A DNA stretch of 64,000 nt from a virus (IMGVR_UViG_3300006467_000491:6728-70727); one strand, 5' to 3'; shown: positions 23,001-30,659, numbered from the stretch's first letter. The notes: a model not told the origin generated them from the letters alone. Numbers and translations are program-made.

Positions 23001-24497
23001 AACCATTTCATCGGGAAGGTTAACGAGGGTCTCTGGACCACCTTCAACCTCTTCCCGCAGTGACTTCGCGTACTTCTGCCGTACTTCAGTGCTCTCAGCT
23101 CCATCTACCGGGGTGAGCCCAGCCTTCAGTGCCGCTTTGTATTTCTTGCGGGAGGGGTTCTGTATGAACTCTGCGACTTCCGGCGGGATAGGCGGAGGGG
23201 CAGCTTTTGTGCGTTCACCGCTTGTGACAACACGACCGGCCTGCGACGCCCCTTCCGCCATCCCCATCATGAGGACGGTCTGCAGAATGGTGTCCTCGAT
23301 CACTGTGCGGTAATCAACGTCTTCATGCAGCATTGCCTCGCTGGTGTAACCATGAAGAACCTCTGTTGTGACTTCTTCAACGACTTCCGCGCCAAGATCT
23401 TTCGTGAACTTCTTGGTTCCACTTACGAGTGCCTGCCGAATGGATGGATGTTTCGCGATGTTTCTTGCGATTGACTGCCCAAGTACCCGACCCTCCAAAC
23501 CGGCAAGCCCCGGAATCTTGTTGAAAATGGGCATGATCGACGCTTCGATTCCGCCCTGAATTGCCGCGTACTTCTGCAGTTCAGCACCGGCAAGGCCCGC
23601 CTCAGCCGCTTCGTAGGCCGCACGACTGTATTCCTGTGCCCCGTACTGGCCAGCCATGATGCCAAGCCCGACAGCTGGCCCAGCAATCATTGATCCGGCG
23701 ACACCCGGCCCCATCTGCGCAACATTCTGGGCCGCGCCCGCAACAGCCCCAGCTAAACGGGGGTGTGCATACTTCTCTTCTCGATAACGTGCAGCCTCAG
23801 ATTGCACGCCCGCAGTTCTCGCCTCCAGCTCATCGGCTTCTTGCCCAAACCCAAGCATTCTTGCAACAGGAGCTGCGACACCACTGGTAACGCCTTCCGC
23901 AAATGATCGTTCCTCAACACCAACATTCGATTCTTGCTGCTGAATCGCCTCCTGGCCTCGCTTGAACGCCTCAGCACGCTTCTGCTGTTCTTCTCTTGCC
24001 TGAGCTTCTGCTTCTTCCGGGCTGACCCCATCAGCGATCAGCTCTTCTGTCCTGGCACGCCTGACCGCGCGTTCCCTAAGTGGGCTGGATTGGATTCGGG
24101 ATTCCAAATCAACTCGCTGCGGAACCTCCTCCAGCGCCTGCGAAAGAGGTATCAATCTACCATGAACCAGAACCTGCAGTGGTTCCTGATCCTTTGGTGC
24201 CTGCGGAGCTTTCTTGATGCCAGCGCGGCGATCGCCATACGATCTGGTGTCCCGGGGGGCCGCAGGTTTTGTGTCAGCGCGTCGACGCCCATAGTCAATC
24301 CCGGTGCGACGGGCTTCGGCGTCCTCAATCAGCTCCTGGCGGCGCCGCTTGATTTCAGCGTTTCGGCGCGCAATTGCTTCCTTGCGCTCGATCTCCTCCA
24401 GATACCGCCGTTCTGCTTCTTCTCTGGACAGCGGCGGTTCAGGGGTGATCAAGCCATATCCGGAAGTTTGCAGATCGTTGTATCCGGCAGACATCAC
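11082..24497 (-). CDS. Giant 4471-aa polyvalent protein, probably virion-internal/ejected, with adenine methyltransferase + SNF2 helicase (DarB-like) core
   Basis: MTase motif I FLEPAAGIG (~20.0 kb) and NVPF (~19.8 kb); helicase HGVGAGKT (~17.86 kb), LDEAH (~17.36 kb), ATGTP, GTGVNVQ, QRIGRIVRSGN. It is the last gene of the virion operon, after two Gln-rich ejection-type proteins. Confidence 0.88.
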   Translation of the reverse strand: MMSAGYNDLQTSGYGLITPEPPLSREEAERRYLEEIERKEAIARRNAEIKRRRQELIEDAEARRTGIDYGRRRADTKPAAPRDTRSYGDRRAGIKKAPQAPKDQEPLQVLVHGRLIPLSQALEEVPQRVDLESRIQSSPLRERAVRRARTEELIADGVSPEEAEAQAREEQQKRAEAFKRGQEAIQQQESNVGVEERSFAEGVTSGVAAPVARMLGFGQEADELEARTAGVQSEAARYREEKYAHPRLAGAVAGAAQNVAQMGPGVAGSMIAGPAVGLGIMAGQYGAQEYSRAAYEAAEAGLAGAELQKYAAIQGGIEASIMPIFNKIPGLAGLEGRVLGQSIARNIAKHPSIRQALVSGTKKFTKDLGAEVVEEVTTEVLHGYTSEAMLHEDVDYRTVIEDTILQTVLMMGMAEGASQAGRVVTSGERTKAAPPPIPPEVAEFIQNPSRKKYKAALKAGLTPVDGAESTEVRQKYAKSLREEVEGGPETLVNLPDEMVPPPAADGKLLSDEEMGMEPEAQPETVPEDAYLNEILKLAEAQGEQDETQGQVGQEQLQDQQTPNEGEGVRRESEQGQQPGPLTESEAPAESAVGEVSPDQSPTPVAADPVSEQAKLPAPETTRRGQRLLPGESGRAEEINRNDFVREERRRLSQSLSDDLETEQSTIDAIHDPVGELLNAVYEQGLSNLDDVHDSEAWAAVEAAIEEQEPRSRREVVTKAVDDRVQQAMAIREEYKQERQARDEVEQLQDPAVDAASIDQIRKRSEEEGVQAADSGKPEEDVSPEVVDEGESQQSWKLNDKVQIASTGERGSIRQIQASRGVQVGLVDGGAKWVAESDIQLSNHKDAVDELVDQLSPKKPESDLDAAVRAEIARQEAEEAAAEPAPARAPEGNKTGITRKRHSELPMFSVYPTRFRGETKYSIKEYDRGGAGDPFFDTESEAKGHAEIVRRNAESRAADGAQREADEAASNQEQQEHEASFRGFLSDNAMKKGRQLKVLGKSLNYKGETVTRKELVEQKIEDGWTVNDQDQLQAPTGEFLDKRDVTKMGIDYARHLVKEKVDRLFRRMGEVAREHGANSPEYEAAAEAHRQAAAGMPSAIEVVAESPGAKPPRTAVGKKLGKAAEQAAKEADADLDAWLDDMRDLKKLSVVDKSGENQAKAIASTVRMVRSQIKKGVTNFADLVARIVEYTSPEIALKLSDVIESAWRILGETNKDLDPVGKVADVIAERGTDESTVARDESVGGSPDESTGTLAEEAGGTAEVGTVEEGTGSNSGSVLGGTDIAAEGKPGSVGTGVEGASIQPDTGSELEPGRDDAVNRSGEQAADVSGEMESQNLRIKPDDVIAPKGVKGKLNANLQAIKLLRELQKENRPATADEQRVLMQYTGWGSLQHVFDENRGQQYVERPGLPERYGEYMRKSSMYEVEGRHSSLEDLQARVERWEKQWGEAYKYLKETLTPDEWNRASASTLNAHFTSRDVITNGIWGALEHMGVTSGRFLEPAAGIGSLIGLMPDSVASNAEVVAVELDALTGEMVKRLYPEADVYVAGFEEVHIPSGTIDVAATNVPFHKTGPADAKARYGRDMNLHNYFIARILDSLRPGGIAAVISTHFSMDANIEDRKMLARKADLVGAIRLPNNAFKANAGTEVTTDIMFFRKPDGTAFKGEAWENLASTGEMYQVTVPGEGRRKAKIENWPITVNEYFVTHPEMVLGTHAMDGSQYGDANKGLGEYTVHPKTGASLSEQLQKAVAALPVGVATADNAAALPPITVGTVGVEGRIEDQGGKLQELEDGKWVTPRWLKDAMILRKDGKPRKLKEETKKKKIAAAMRQGIGYVKVRNAYEKHLATMRDQNATEEEYQESQAALNKAYDTYRKKYGPLNQKKNSWLEGDPGFYLTAGLETEQESLEDGIRSVEFAKADVFRERTVKVIQSPTEADTTEEAVKLSLAWKGSINLPWMAELTKTPEAELRQELLEAGQVFQDPETGMLEPADTYLSGNVQAKLRSAQTAVKNGDKRFEKNVEALKPVQPTRMTIDSITPSLGADWIPADVVRQWMVEVMRLPGATVSYSEAADVWMVRPGRTPREVQNEWGTAAMHVQDLLPKAINGSPIRIYKRTEDDKRELDLAATQAAEAKAEKMRDSFKAWAKNSEEMIPGLERAFNEQKNFYIKPQYDGQHLSFPGMSETWLKRVRPYQRNTIWRGIREGRGMIAHGVGAGKTLEIIAIAMELKRLGLATKPGIVVQNSTLGQFARAFNEIYPSAKVLVASKEDLEPRKRSKFMARVVTGNWDAVVMAKSTFNMKLPNDPRLEEEMVEGLIDELKSVMTEVQLADGKGAPSVKKIEQQIKSMKKRLEKIQKRIEDSVDSDVFFEQMGIDALFLDEAHDYKKPPFVTKLDNKIKGLDTEMSARAMAALIKMRYVQKNNRGRNTFMATGTPITNTLGESWLLMNMVAPDVVEEFGVTTFDRFVGTFAEVVVSLEPNAVGRLQKVTRLAKFKNGHQLGQFIQSGWDVLLGDDLHTQIREYDGGKVPKVKGGKEQLQMVPKSKAFDQFGQFFLQAYDAFKGLEGEDKRLYSWIPVNIYGAAQAASIDVRMIDPTAEDDPDSKMNQMVEGVFRAYKEGDDQKLTQLIFSDLSGRRDITRLRQFAAGEGVELEVDESSDVEEEDRWLYNEIKRKLVAKGIPEAEVQLINDHKSTSNKLLEFQDKVNAGDVRIVIGHSDTLGTGVNVQERLKHIWELDIPMVPAKRQQRIGRIVRSGNMNEEVELHVMGMEGSLDGTLMAMNLRKAKAAEQALSGKAGAEFDDPFSESILSMADMEAAMNDDPLFYRMKELEFKIRGLRLDVEAFDQQRSTERGRLRHNIDQIKMLKKRVEDRERLIKKIEAIPDDSPMKVEGKEVKTAKEADAELKKKYDAAKKDISEKTQANQIPALDGPYSNKKPDHYATEAEYGPVQFNLFYGERPEVVQDEDGNPSIKWTAAAGTVISMDGEVLETTQTTVFSSSMKEFRGLTSWLKRERDGAAESVENLTRENEGLRKFLDKPFEGQIELDNLESELAQIQQQMFDRDNPAPAPPPETPDRAAANRARAELAAIQLRNRQYDKVIARELRSRRSLHGGILPGITDEMARAFAARTLGSIKAGAKSIEVIVREMRATLSDAQLRVIKPFVIRSWNALADKYDLIEATDADFEAVLAANTEDEDDIERAAEATKAEPVEPEPAAGESEITPEPEAVSEPAEGRMYSTKNEYSAQVRDELGMGDRPLVPEAKRKDSISRAESYARTKSGSDYITNTLIPELMARPRAVGQFENDMLLFRATELGNQLDETLQRQVAAHDAGDAAGVAIAQADAREISGLWQKLTEMLEAIGTEAGRALQARKAIVDQMFTLARHQLQYEATHGKPATPEQIAAWKKQFDKLKEDNAKLEKMIEELRAKNEDLETRLAEAHDSAVADAEQGPPPAAPEQPKKQSISEKIEKASREKIKSAKARIMRMLREGQAFSAGGVLGEAGKAFTELATGYVGLKIVKVSDFLKQLRKDFGPAFNQIKEPALAAFKRVIGQEQVTEDDLFQITGNLDVSDNDSIGRVARDLHRYVIARDGLDASPEGRNAAVVAVHEILVDFIPELTQEEVARAMSGIGIYSPLSQDDIEVIRRDQKAQLLLLEQIKDWKKGQAPPATGQERPPVSDEQRSLRRIVNEAKKEAGIVEASAGQLQSALDAAKRGTRNRIADLTKALESGKRIPSNRRLLKPDAELEKMRSERDALQKLYDETFGRPELSEEQRLAQAEKALDRAIANLEADLKAGKLYATPRQQLTSPALEAKRAELDALKANREEMRLQSGEAQARSDAAYERTLKEREAALARRIAEKDFAPPPKRPERNLTPEMLKLKLSIEKQKQKLRAEQKKWDFDQSHIVYKGLYWGLVMPTAILRKGITSIDQSYIARQGFLLGATNAKLYGRAIRKAFPSSFREAKSIFTTEQDLFDAQQELDADSHWVRLEKIAKLAITGVHGGLDPEEEHQFTPEWFDKYAPGVAASERAASAFINTQRRLVFRNLVDKLSTTLDGKNRSLTNADLRVIGNFVNVSSGRGRISIQKFDSALTAMSALFFSPRWWTSRLQWLAVQPIWHETRWFRGEGASAEVRRMIAMEMGKQLSAQAMVMGLAIAGLYAAFGEPGDDEEWDYELRRSSPNFGKVRVGKTWFDVTAGLGQHVSYMSRIASGKSYGRWEDEEVEWTRLLWTYARGKLAPLPSMIVDARAGQSLGREEFGTLGWVRDSVVPLQIQEVYEAFENEGVPLATVIALSTFFGIGAQTYEERVNARKDAANEIRAARKQGKPDNVIKGLLDRHFSHQASLAAKQALRTADAGDAEYYQKIVDEVPSAALADAMEKERGDLALFAATMLSSEDPRTEKKSPASDPAITAARNLLKAMAPTYEEANAIYTDGYRTRNGSVTELVGGRYRTKQNVIAARRRLRSLYADQN

Positions 24498-26203
24498 TAT
24501 TGCCTTATCTTGAATCCGGCACGCTCAAGGATCTCTTGGGCTTCGTCGAAATCAGGGTCACTGGTGTCACCCGTCCTCATGGCGTTGATTACGATATCTG
24601 CCGCCAATGTCACTGTCTGGTCTGCAACACTTCCTGACGACATGTGCCGATCACGCAACCTTGCCAACTCTTCACCGCCAGGCATCTCGCGAAGCTCGCT
24701 GACAACCTCTTTGGGCAGTGGAACAGTTGATGAAAGAACTGGTGTTTTGGTGGCTCCCGCCGAGGTAGCTGACTGGCTTCCTGTAGCCTGCTGCTGAGGA
24801 TTCGCTGGGGCAGCCTCCTCCCAGCCGATCGCCGACGAACCGGAATACCGACTCCGCTCGGCATCAGCTTCTGCCTGATATGGTGGCAGTGGCTCCAGAC
24901 CGTATTCGCTGCGATAGTATTCTTCGTCCATCGCAAACTGATCCATCGCCGCTTTCATCACAGCGTTTTTGTTCGGATAGAGGAGACCGCCGACACCCGG
25001 CTTCTCTGCTGTTGAAAGTTTGTCAACCAGATCATTGAAGCGATCCAGTCGATCTCGCCGTGCCTTCCGGATGGCTTCTTGCTGCCTCTCTGCCTGCTTG
25101 TCTTCTCCACCACCGGAACTGCCCATCCCGAGTGGTTCCCAGTCCGGCCGGCCTTGAGAGTCGAGGTGACGCTTCATCGGCCCCCACTCAGGGTCCATGC
25201 GGAACTGCTGGGAGATCTCTTCTTCCGGGCTCGTGATTCGTTGCTCAGGAATGATGGCTGACAGCTTCTTTTGGTACTCGACCATCGCCCGCTGCTTCAA
25301 ACCTTCCTCCCAGTCACCATTCAGCACGTTTTTCCGGAAAGCAGACTCCATTTCCTGCATTTCTTTGCGCTGCCGATCACTGAAATCGAATCCCGCGTTT
25401 TTCGCCTGCGCCACCTGCTGCTGCCACCGCATCGAAATGTCAGCAGCTTCACGCTGATACATGTTTTCCTGCGTGAAATCCTGCTGCAGCTCTGCGCGGT
25501 CGATTGAGAAGTCCTGCTGAAGACGATCCCGCTCCAGCGTGTTCTGCTGCCGCCGATCGTCAGCTTGAATGTCGAACTGATTCAGGCGGTTGTCGCGCTG
25601 CCGCTGCTGGACATCACGAAGCGTGTCCCGCTCAAGCAGGTTCTGCTGCTGCTGGTCATCGCGCAGGGTCGAGAACCCGAACTGCATCGCGTCCCGATTC
25701 AGCAGGTTTTCGTTCTGGATAGCATCCCGGGCTTGCGTGTAACCCTGCTGGGTTGCATCACGAACCAGTTGATTCTGAAACTGGGACGTGTCCCGCTGTT
25801 GAGTCTGCTCAAACAGGCGACGGTCCCTCTCCTCCTGCTCGCGAGCCTGCTGTCGAGCCTGTGCTTCCGCGAACCGATTCTGCAGGGTATCGCGTTTCAG
25901 TGTGCCTTCGCGGTCGTCTTCGGCCAGCTGGGACCGATACCCGAAGTCTCGTTGAGCCTGATTCGCGGCGATCCCCGCACGCTGGCCCGTGTTCTGGACC
26001 TCGAATTCCTGCAGGAGCTTGTCTCGTTCCCGCTGTGCGTTGATCTGCTGCTGAGCCAGCGCAGCCTTCAGCGCAGCTTCCTCCTCGGCCGCTTGGCGAC
26101 GGGCTTTCGCCTCGAGTCGGCGACGGAATCGCTCTGGGAGACCACCGCTGCCGGGAAGTTTGCGAGCGACAGCACGATCTCGCATTTTTTGCAAATCACT
26201 CAT
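24497..26203 (-). CDS. Gln/Arg-rich coiled-coil protein, probable internal virion/ejection protein
   Basis: 568 aa, low complexity, 11-residue periodic RDxxQ repeats; position before the giant gene. Confidence 0.6.
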   Translation of the reverse strand: MSDLQKMRDRAVARKLPGSGGLPERFRRRLEAKARRQAAEEEAALKAALAQQQINAQRERDKLLQEFEVQNTGQRAGIAANQAQRDFGYRSQLAEDDREGTLKRDTLQNRFAEAQARQQAREQEERDRRLFEQTQQRDTSQFQNQLVRDATQQGYTQARDAIQNENLLNRDAMQFGFSTLRDDQQQQNLLERDTLRDVQQRQRDNRLNQFDIQADDRRQQNTLERDRLQQDFSIDRAELQQDFTQENMYQREAADISMRWQQQVAQAKNAGFDFSDRQRKEMQEMESAFRKNVLNGDWEEGLKQRAMVEYQKKLSAIIPEQRITSPEEEISQQFRMDPEWGPMKRHLDSQGRPDWEPLGMGSSGGGEDKQAERQQEAIRKARRDRLDRFNDLVDKLSTAEKPGVGGLLYPNKNAVMKAAMDQFAMDEEYYRSEYGLEPLPPYQAEADAERSRYSGSSAIGWEEAAPANPQQQATGSQSATSAGATKTPVLSSTVPLPKEVVSELREMPGGEELARLRDRHMSSGSVADQTVTLAADIVINAMRTGDTSDPDFDEAQEILERAGFKIRQ

Positions 26204-26212
26204 GCCGATTCC

Positions 26213-27025
26213 TTACCACTTCGTGCGGGCTCGTCCGATCACTCGGTTTGATTGCGGCCGGTAAAGACCGGGATTCCTCGCACGTCGATCCTTCTGTGCC
26301 TCAGCATTTGCGTTCTGCATCTGCCACAATTGGGTGTAAAGGTCGGCGACGGTCCTGAAACCTTCCTGATCGTCCTGAATCCCGCCGATGTACCCGAGCT
26401 GGTTCTGCACGAGTGCGTTGTCTCGCTCGGCGTCAGTGTTCCGCTGGGAATTCAGCGCCTGAGCCCTGTTCTGCAACGCACCCTGATAGACACCGCTCAA
26501 CTGGGAATCCGTCGCGATCCTGTTCTGGAGCAACTGGTCTTCGAGTGAAAGCTGCTGCCGGGTGTTGTCGAAATTCTGGCCGCGAACGAGAGAGTCCTGA
26601 ATCGTCGTGTTCCCGAGACCACGCTGAATTGCCGACTGACGCGCCGCAGCCAGCCGCTGCTGGTTCTGGATGTCGAGATCCTGCCGCATCGAGTTCCCGT
26701 ACTGATCAATGCGGTCCATGTTCCGCTGACGTGTGGCCAGCGCATCAGCCGCCAGCGCGTCGTAATCTGACTTCAACTGGGCGTATCCCTGCTGGCCGCG
26801 TGCCCGAGAGGCAGCAATCTGCTGATCGTACCCGCCAATGACAGCGTTCTGCCGTTCTGCGGCCCGCTGCATGTTCATCTGCCGTTCTTGATCGGCAGCC
26901 TGAGCCAGACCCGCGTACGACTGCGCAATCTGGAGCGGATGACCACCGTACCCGTATGGCTGGGTTGCGGTTGTCTGCGGAGTGACCCGGTATCCGCTTG
27001 AGGGTTGTCTTGAAGAACCGTACAT
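26213..27025 (-). CDS. Gln/Ala-rich probable DNA ejection protein
   Basis: 270 aa, helical low complexity, downstream of the nozzle-like genes. Confidence 0.55.
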   Translation of the reverse strand: MYGSSRQPSSGYRVTPQTTATQPYGYGGHPLQIAQSYAGLAQAADQERQMNMQRAAERQNAVIGGYDQQIAASRARGQQGYAQLKSDYDALAADALATRQRNMDRIDQYGNSMRQDLDIQNQQRLAAARQSAIQRGLGNTTIQDSLVRGQNFDNTRQQLSLEDQLLQNRIATDSQLSGVYQGALQNRAQALNSQRNTDAERDNALVQNQLGYIGGIQDDQEGFRTVADLYTQLWQMQNANAEAQKDRRARNPGLYRPQSNRVIGRARTKW

Positions 27026-27034
27026 GTCTTGCTC

Positions 27035-27919
27035 CTAAGTGACTGTTGTTTCATCGTCAATACGATGAATCAGGATCATCCAGTCGTCATTGAACCCCAG
27101 CATTGCGTTGACCCACCCGATTCGAATCGCCAGCTGGTTCGTCGCACTGATCCTTGCGCTCCAGCACATCAACTGCACTGGAGGTGCAACAGTTGGACAC
27201 ACAGTAATCATGTCCTGCCCGGGACGGATATCATACGCCGAACTGACAGGTATGTATGTGGATGCCGCCTCTTGAAAAGTCACCGCACCCGATGAACCGC
27301 CACCAGTGAAATTGTACGCAACCTTAATGGCCATGATCTGCTCGATCACAGTTCCATTGTTCAGGCGAAACCCACCTTCGTTATCTCCGTACGTCCCGTC
27401 ACCCGTCATCAGGTGAAACCCCGGGGCAGTACCAACCGAGTACATCTCATGCACGCCGGTTGAAAGCACTCTTGATGATCCGAAGTTCTCCGTGTCATAC
27501 GCCAGCCGCATTTGGGCTGTTTTTGAGTTCACTTGCAGCATCGCGTCTTCGAGTAGGAATTCCGACGATGAGATCCCACCCAAGTCTTCCGTTCCGATCG
27601 CCAAGCCACTTTCAAAGAAGTTCGGAGCGGTTCCGGTCAGTCTTGCATTCCAGTCTCGATTGCCTGTCGCTTCAGAACCAGCATTCACATAGCTGTCAAC
27701 TCCGAATTCTTCTGTCGTGACGACAGATATGCCGTTTTCATCTTCAGACAACCCCCCACCAGGATTCAGCCTGAGAGTGATTCGGCCGTCATCGTCAATC
27801 GTGATCCCTTTGTCGTGAACCAACAAGCCCGGAGTCGACAACGCACCCAGCGCCTTGCGAACGAGGATTGATGCGTTCGGATCGTTCGTGATCTTGCCGA
27901 GCCCGACCGACATTGTCAT
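27035..27919 (-). CDS. Tail-associated/fibre-like protein
   Basis: Likely start ATG 27919 (ATGA overlap with the upstream stop), not 27994; GITIDDDGRITLRLNPGGGL beta-rich fibre-like segment. Confidence 0.5.
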   Translation of the reverse strand: MTMSVGLGKITNDPNASILVRKALGALSTPGLLVHDKGITIDDDGRITLRLNPGGGLSEDENGISVVTTEEFGVDSYVNAGSEATGNRDWNARLTGTAPNFFESGLAIGTEDLGGISSSEFLLEDAMLQVNSKTAQMRLAYDTENFGSSRVLSTGVHEMYSVGTAPGFHLMTGDGTYGDNEGGFRLNNGTVIEQIMAIKVAYNFTGGGSSGAVTFQEAASTYIPVSSAYDIRPGQDMITVCPTVAPPVQLMCWSARISATNQLAIRIGWVNAMLGFNDDWMILIHRIDDETTVT

Positions 27920-29799
27920 TTGAGAGTCCTCATCACCCGGCGAGTTGTGTCGTTCACCTGCTCCATCACGGCTTCCAGTTTCTCCAGCGCCCATGGCCCG
28001 GAAGCCGACAACCGCAAGTATCCCTCTTCAATATACGTTCGCGGCCACTGTGAGAAGTTCCGGCCCCGCTTAAACCGCCCCGATGACCGCGTCTTGGCGC
28101 TGAGTGCCCTCTCGAGGTTTGACGCACTTCGGACGGCCCACGTCACCTGACCGCTGGTGTCGCTCAGAGTTGCTTCGATCTCTGTGAGCATCACCTGGCT
28201 AAACGGCCCCATGAACACGAAACTCTCGATCGGCTCGCCGTCATCGGACGCTGCATCAGAATCCACCTCGCGAACATAGCCATCTTGGCCGTATTCCAGA
28301 ACCCTCCGCTCCGTCTCGGCTCCTCCGTACAACAGGTGGACCGCGAGAGGGTTGTGGTCGTTGTCTGAGTACGAAAATGGCCACCACGCTTCATTTCGCA
28401 CATCCCAGATGTAGTGCGTCGTCGCGCTGCCGTCAGTTGGCGTGATGTAGATTCGCACGGCAATTGCACGGTCATCCCAGATCAGCCGAACGACGTTGTT
28501 GTCCAGATTGATGTTTGCCAGCTTCTCGTCGATCGTCAGGGCTGTGATCCGGCTGGGAATGCCTCCCTCTGGCTCCATCTTGTAAACGCCACCTCGCGAC
28601 CCGAAGAAGTAGATGACGCCCTCCGGGGACTGACACCACGCCTTTCCTTCAGCGATCCCTGTGATATCCGTGACGTTCGCGTTGATTCCGCCTTCCGCTG
28701 GGTTTCCGACGAACTTCCGGATCGAGTGCGTGCCTCCGATCAGCAGGATGTCGTCCGTGTACGGAATCAAGGCCGTCACGATGTCGCTGTTTTTCCCGTA
28801 TCCGCTGGTGACGTTGCCCGCAACCGCCTGCTGCACGGTTTGCACGGCTGGTGAGTAATCCCAGTCAAACGGATCGCCGACAGCCGACATGAAGATGTTG
28901 TTGGGGTCGGTGGTCAGCCCACTGAGGACGACTCGTCCGCCCCAGATCGCAATCAACGAGCACCGCGACCCCACGCGCCGCATGATGCAGGTGCCGCCGC
29001 TGGTGTACGATCCGTTTCCGGTTGACCCGTCGAGAGAAAACGTATCGCTGTCGACCTTCGTAATGACGAAATCGCCATTGGCAGCCGTGTTCCCCAGCAC
29101 GTCGGTGATTACGACCTGATCGCCGGTCACGTACCCGTGGCCAGTGATCGTGATGACAATCGGGGATGCGTTCGTGGCACCTTCCACGTCCTTTGGGTCA
29201 TCCGCCTGTTTCGGCATCGTCCCGCCGTTGTACGCTTCCCACGTCGAGATAACATTGGCCGAAACGTCGAAATACTTGTAGTTCGCGCCATCGACGAAAT
29301 ACAGATCCTGAAAGAATGCCTCCGCGTAGATGACGCTCGGCAGGGATGACAGGGCGTCTTCGCCGGATTCGATCGCTGTGACACCTGCTGTTGAAATCGT
29401 CGCGATGTCTCCGCCGGCCACGGCCGCGATCGTTGTTGTTCGATCCCCGACGGGAACTGATGTCGCTGGCCCAAGATCGCGAGCCACGCCAGATCCGGTC
29501 AACCGGAGTTCACTGGCTGGAGAGCTGCTGGCTCCCGTCACACGGTTGTCGACTTCTGGAGATCCGACCACATGAGCCACGCACTGACCTGCTGCAGATC
29601 CGTTCACCTGATCCGGGCAGAATTTCTCGGTCCCAGCGCGAGACGATCCGCGGTTCCGGCCGGTTGTCGGATCAAATCCCAGCACATTCATGCAACTGGC
29701 GGTCGTGTACGCACCTTCCCTGCCGCCTCGCTGCCGAGTGAATGCGTTCCCCTCGTCGAGCCCCTTGAACGGCCAGTGAATTGTGATTGGCTGTTTCAT
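27916..29799 (-). CDS. Tail nozzle/stabilisation protein (P22 gp10/T7 gp12-like) with FCCH-like insertion
   Basis: 627 aa, beta-propeller-like repeats (WGGRVVLSG, IYFFGSRGGVY, WDVRNEAWWPF); insert TNASPIVITITGHGYVTGDQVVI at ~28990-29190. Confidence 0.7.
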   Translation of the reverse strand: MKQPITIHWPFKGLDEGNAFTRQRGGREGAYTTASCMNVLGFDPTTGRNRGSSRAGTEKFCPDQVNGSAAGQCVAHVVGSPEVDNRVTGASSSPASELRLTGSGVARDLGPATSVPVGDRTTTIAAVAGGDIATISTAGVTAIESGEDALSSLPSVIYAEAFFQDLYFVDGANYKYFDVSANVISTWEAYNGGTMPKQADDPKDVEGATNASPIVITITGHGYVTGDQVVITDVLGNTAANGDFVITKVDSDTFSLDGSTGNGSYTSGGTCIMRRVGSRCSLIAIWGGRVVLSGLTTDPNNIFMSAVGDPFDWDYSPAVQTVQQAVAGNVTSGYGKNSDIVTALIPYTDDILLIGGTHSIRKFVGNPAEGGINANVTDITGIAEGKAWCQSPEGVIYFFGSRGGVYKMEPEGGIPSRITALTIDEKLANINLDNNVVRLIWDDRAIAVRIYITPTDGSATTHYIWDVRNEAWWPFSYSDNDHNPLAVHLLYGGAETERRVLEYGQDGYVREVDSDAASDDGEPIESFVFMGPFSQVMLTEIEATLSDTSGQVTWAVRSASNLERALSAKTRSSGRFKRGRNFSQWPRTYIEEGYLRLSASGPWALEKLEAVMEQVNDTTRRVMRTLK

Positions 29800-29801
29800 G
29801 C

Positions 29802-30659
29802 TTATGGAACAACGAAGACCATACAGACCACGGGATAGGTGCCCGTTCCTCCGGTCGTTGTGACGACCAACCGAATCGTCTGCTTGTCCTGAATCGTCAC
29901 GTTGGCCTGAATTAAGTCACCAAGGGCGTTTTCGACGAACGCACCGTGCGTTGTGGCTGTCCCGGCCGCCGGAGTCACTCCAGCTGTCGACACGTTTGAT
30001 CCGCCACCCAACTGGAGGTTCACGACCGTTGTTGATGAGGTGTGCATGTGTGACACGGAAAACGAAGCCAGATGCCCTGTCTTTCCTCGCCAGCGGTGTG
30101 TCAATCCGTACTCAACTGGCGTGCTCGACCCCAACGTCGTGTAGTCACCAGAGAACACGTGCTGCATTTTGACGAATTTCACCTTGTCCGGCGTCCCGAC
30201 AGACAGGCTGGTGATTGCTGACAGCGGGAGGATGGCGCCAGCGATTGTGAGCAGGGTGGAGCTGACCGCATCACAAACCCCGTAGTAGTAGACCCCTCCA
30301 ATGACCACGCGAACGGGATCGCCGACGGAGAAATAGTCAGTCGCGCGGAGGGCGACTCCGCCGGAAGGGGCTCCGCCAGCGAACGTGATCGTGGATGATG
30401 ACGCGGGAGATGACTCGCCGTACGCATCCTGGTGGATAACTCGCCAACCATCCCAGCCGCCGGGCGCCCAATCCGATCCGTCGTAAACGAGCACATCGCC
30501 CTGCTGAGGGCTTTCGAACGAGTATGCCGGATCGTCGAACAGTAACTGCCGCAACTGGGCTTTATTCAGTCGCTTGCTGACACCCGCATCTTCGATCTCG
30601 AATTCTGCCGCTTCCGGGAAGTCCGACGCCGCCGTCAGTCCTGAAATTGCTACGCCCAC
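29802..30659 (-). CDS. Tail fibre-like structural protein
   Basis: ISGLTAASD...EIEDAGVSKRL N-terminus and GDVLVYDGSDW motif typical of phage fibres. Confidence 0.5.
   Translation of the reverse strand: MGVAISGLTAASDFPEAAEFEIEDAGVSKRLNKAQLRQLLFDDPAYSFESPQQGDVLVYDGSDWAPGGWDGWRVIHQDAYGESSPASSSTITFAGGAPSGGVALRATDYFSVGDPVRVVIGGVYYYGVCDAVSSTLLTIAGAILPLSAITSLSVGTPDKVKFVKMQHVFSGDYTTLGSSTPVEYGLTHRWRGKTGHLASFSVSHMHTSSTTVVNLQLGGGSNVSTAGVTPAAGTATTHGAFVENALGDLIQANVTIQDKQTIRLVVTTTGGTGTYPVVCMVFVVP

Noticed and set aside
11082-24497. Tape measure protein
   Set aside because: It has enzymatic MTase/helicase motifs, and no tail tube or tail chaperone genes are recognisable.
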